Virus record (IMG/VR): IMGVR_UViG_3300035162_003276
Source: an uncultured virus (IMG/VR IMGVR_UViG_3300035162_003276)
Taxonomy: Duplodnaviria > Heunggongvirae > Uroviricota > Caudoviricetes
Length of the DNA: 20,000 nt
Strand: one strand, 5' to 3'
Shown here: one piece after another, positions 18,501 to 20,000 of the stretch
Position numbering within the stretch: position 1 is the stretch's first letter
Layout of the letters: each line of letters opens with the position of its first letter
Translations under genes and position numbers: made by a program
The notes under the pieces: model-generated
Database searches by the model: none
What the model saw: only the letters and a program-made list of their open reading frames with translations
What the model was told of the DNA's origin: nothing

Positions 18501-19961
18501 ATGGACTTCAGAAATTCACAAAATGTAGAGATGCTCCGAGAGAAGTGGAGCCCACTTCTAGAGCATGACAGTCTTCCAGCAATTGAAGACAACTATCGCA
18601 AGACCGTAACTTCGATTCTCCTAGAGAATCAAGAAAATGCACTTCGTGAGGCAAACGTCCTCAACGAAGCACCAGCAAACGCCGCAGGTGGTGGTATGTC
18701 ACCAGTCGTCGGTGGTGAGGGTTCGATCAAGGGTTTTGACCCAATCCTAATCTCACTCGTCCGTCGTGCTATGCCAAACCTAATCGCTTACGACGTTGCA
18801 GGTGTTCAGCCAATGAGCGGTCCTACCGGACTTATCTTTGCTCTTCGTGCTGCTTACACCACGCAGAGTGGCTCCGAAGCACTCTTCAGCGAAGCACGCA
18901 CTGCTCACGGTGCAACCTCCGCAGAAGGTGGCGCAGCCGCTGATGCAGGTAACTCCGATCCACTAGGTCTATATGACGCTGCTGACACACAACTCACCGA
19001 CAACGGTTACGCCGTTAACTCGGGTATGTCAACCAGTCAGTCTGAGAACCTCGGTGAATCAGGTCAAGCATTCAACGAAATGGCATTCCGTATCGAACGT
19101 CAATCAGTCGAAGCAAAGACCCGCGCTCTCAAGGCAGAATACACCACAGAACTCGCACAAGACCTTCGTGCAGTTCACGGTCTTGATGCCGAGTCAGAAC
19201 TCGCTAACATCCTCTCAACTGAAATCCTTTCGGAAATCAACAGAGAGGTCATCCGCGTAATCTACCGAAACGCTAAACTTGGCGCACAGCAACTCGACCT
19301 CGCAGGTCGTGGTGAAGGTGCTACCTCAGCACTCGGTGGTACTGCTGGTGGTTCCTTAGTCGCTGACGGTCTCAGTCGAGGTATCGGTGGTGTCTACGAC
19401 CTCGCCGCTGACTCAGACGGTCGCTGGTCCGCAGAGCGATTCAGAGGACTCATGTTCCAAATCGAACGTGAAGCCAACCAAATCGCTAAGGAAACTCGTC
19501 GCGGGAAGGGCAACTTCGTTGTCTGCTCCTCAGACGTTGCCTCTGCCCTCGCAATGGGTGGATTCCTCAACATCTCACCAGCACTCAATGTCTCACTTAA
19601 CGTAGACGACACCGGCAACACCTTTGCTGGTATCCTCAACGGCAAGACGAGAGTCTACATTGACCCATACGCAGGTCCCGGTAACAATGCTGCTGCCAAG
19701 GACTACTGCCTCGTAGGTTATAAGGGTTCGTCCCCATACGACGCAGGTCTCTTCTACTGCCCATACGTTCCACTACAGATGGTTCGTGCAGTCGGTGAGA
19801 ACTCCTTCCAGCCAAAGATCGGATTCAAGACACGTTACGGAATGGTCTCAAACCCATTCGTCAGCAACGCTTCTACGACCGTCGATCCACACGCTGCCGG
19901 TTCCGTCCGTCGCAACCAATACTACCGCATCTTCCGCGTAGACAACCTACACGGCAACTGA
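18501..19961 (+). CDS. gp23: Major capsid protein, T4 gp23-like
   Basis: L.EKWSPLLEH, FDPILISLVRRAMPNLIAYDVAGVQPMSGPTGLIFALR, FNEMAFRIE...VEAKTRALKAEYTTELAQDLRAVHGLDAESELANILS.EI, YDAGLFYCPYVPLQMVRAVGENSFQPKIGFKTRYG. Confidence 0.99.
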   Translation: MDFRNSQNVEMLREKWSPLLEHDSLPAIEDNYRKTVTSILLENQENALREANVLNEAPANAAGGGMSPVVGGEGSIKGFDPILISLVRRAMPNLIAYDVAGVQPMSGPTGLIFALRAAYTTQSGSEALFSEARTAHGATSAEGGAAADAGNSDPLGLYDAADTQLTDNGYAVNSGMSTSQSENLGESGQAFNEMAFRIERQSVEAKTRALKAEYTTELAQDLRAVHGLDAESELANILSTEILSEINREVIRVIYRNAKLGAQQLDLAGRGEGATSALGGTAGGSLVADGLSRGIGGVYDLAADSDGRWSAERFRGLMFQIEREANQIAKETRRGKGNFVVCSSDVASALAMGGFLNISPALNVSLNVDDTGNTFAGILNGKTRVYIDPYAGPGNNAAAKDYCLVGYKGSSPYDAGLFYCPYVPLQMVRAVGENSFQPKIGFKTRYGMVSNPFVSNASTTVDPHAAGSVRRNQYYRIFRVDNLHGN

Positions 19962-19981
19962 TACGGATAGTTGAAGAAATC

Positions 19982-20000
19982 GGGAGAGTCCTTCGGGACT
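19982..20000 (+). terminator. Probable intrinsic terminator hairpin with a C(UUCG)G tetraloop after gp23 (truncated by the window end)
   Basis: AGTCC(19987-19991)-TTCG-GGACT(19996-20000). The upstream GGGAG probably extends the stem. The U-tract is outside the window. UUCG hairpins are characteristic of T4-like phages. Confidence 0.75.

Overview
This window is the virion morphogenesis core of a T4-like myophage. All real genes are on the + strand, tightly packed, and read in the standard genetic code. From 7119 the canonical T4 order is intact: neck gp13 and gp14, tail terminator gp15, terminase gp16/gp17, sheath gp18, tube gp19, portal gp20, one prohead-core-like ORF, protease gp21, scaffold gp22 and major capsid gp23, followed by a C(UUCG)G hairpin cut off by the window edge. 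Bases 1-7089, where T4 has gp12/wac, hold an accessory cluster of fibre/adhesin-like genes: a collar-motif repeat fibre with a perfect 138-bp duplication, a CBM-like protein, a beta-helix that appears split over two genes, a LamG protein, and a small AT-rich ORF. Three observations stand out. (1) A G-x-T tripeptide is dense in the fibres and in the variable segments of gp14, gp15, gp18 and gp23 but nearly absent from portal, terminase and scaffold; it is a candidate virion-wide modification (glycosylation) sequon. (2) The beta-helix seems split inside a Pro/Gly/Asp-rich, Cys-bearing loop. (3) The late-promoter motif is relaxed, Y-M-T-A-V-A-T-A. All assignments are by eye from motifs and synteny; no searches were run.
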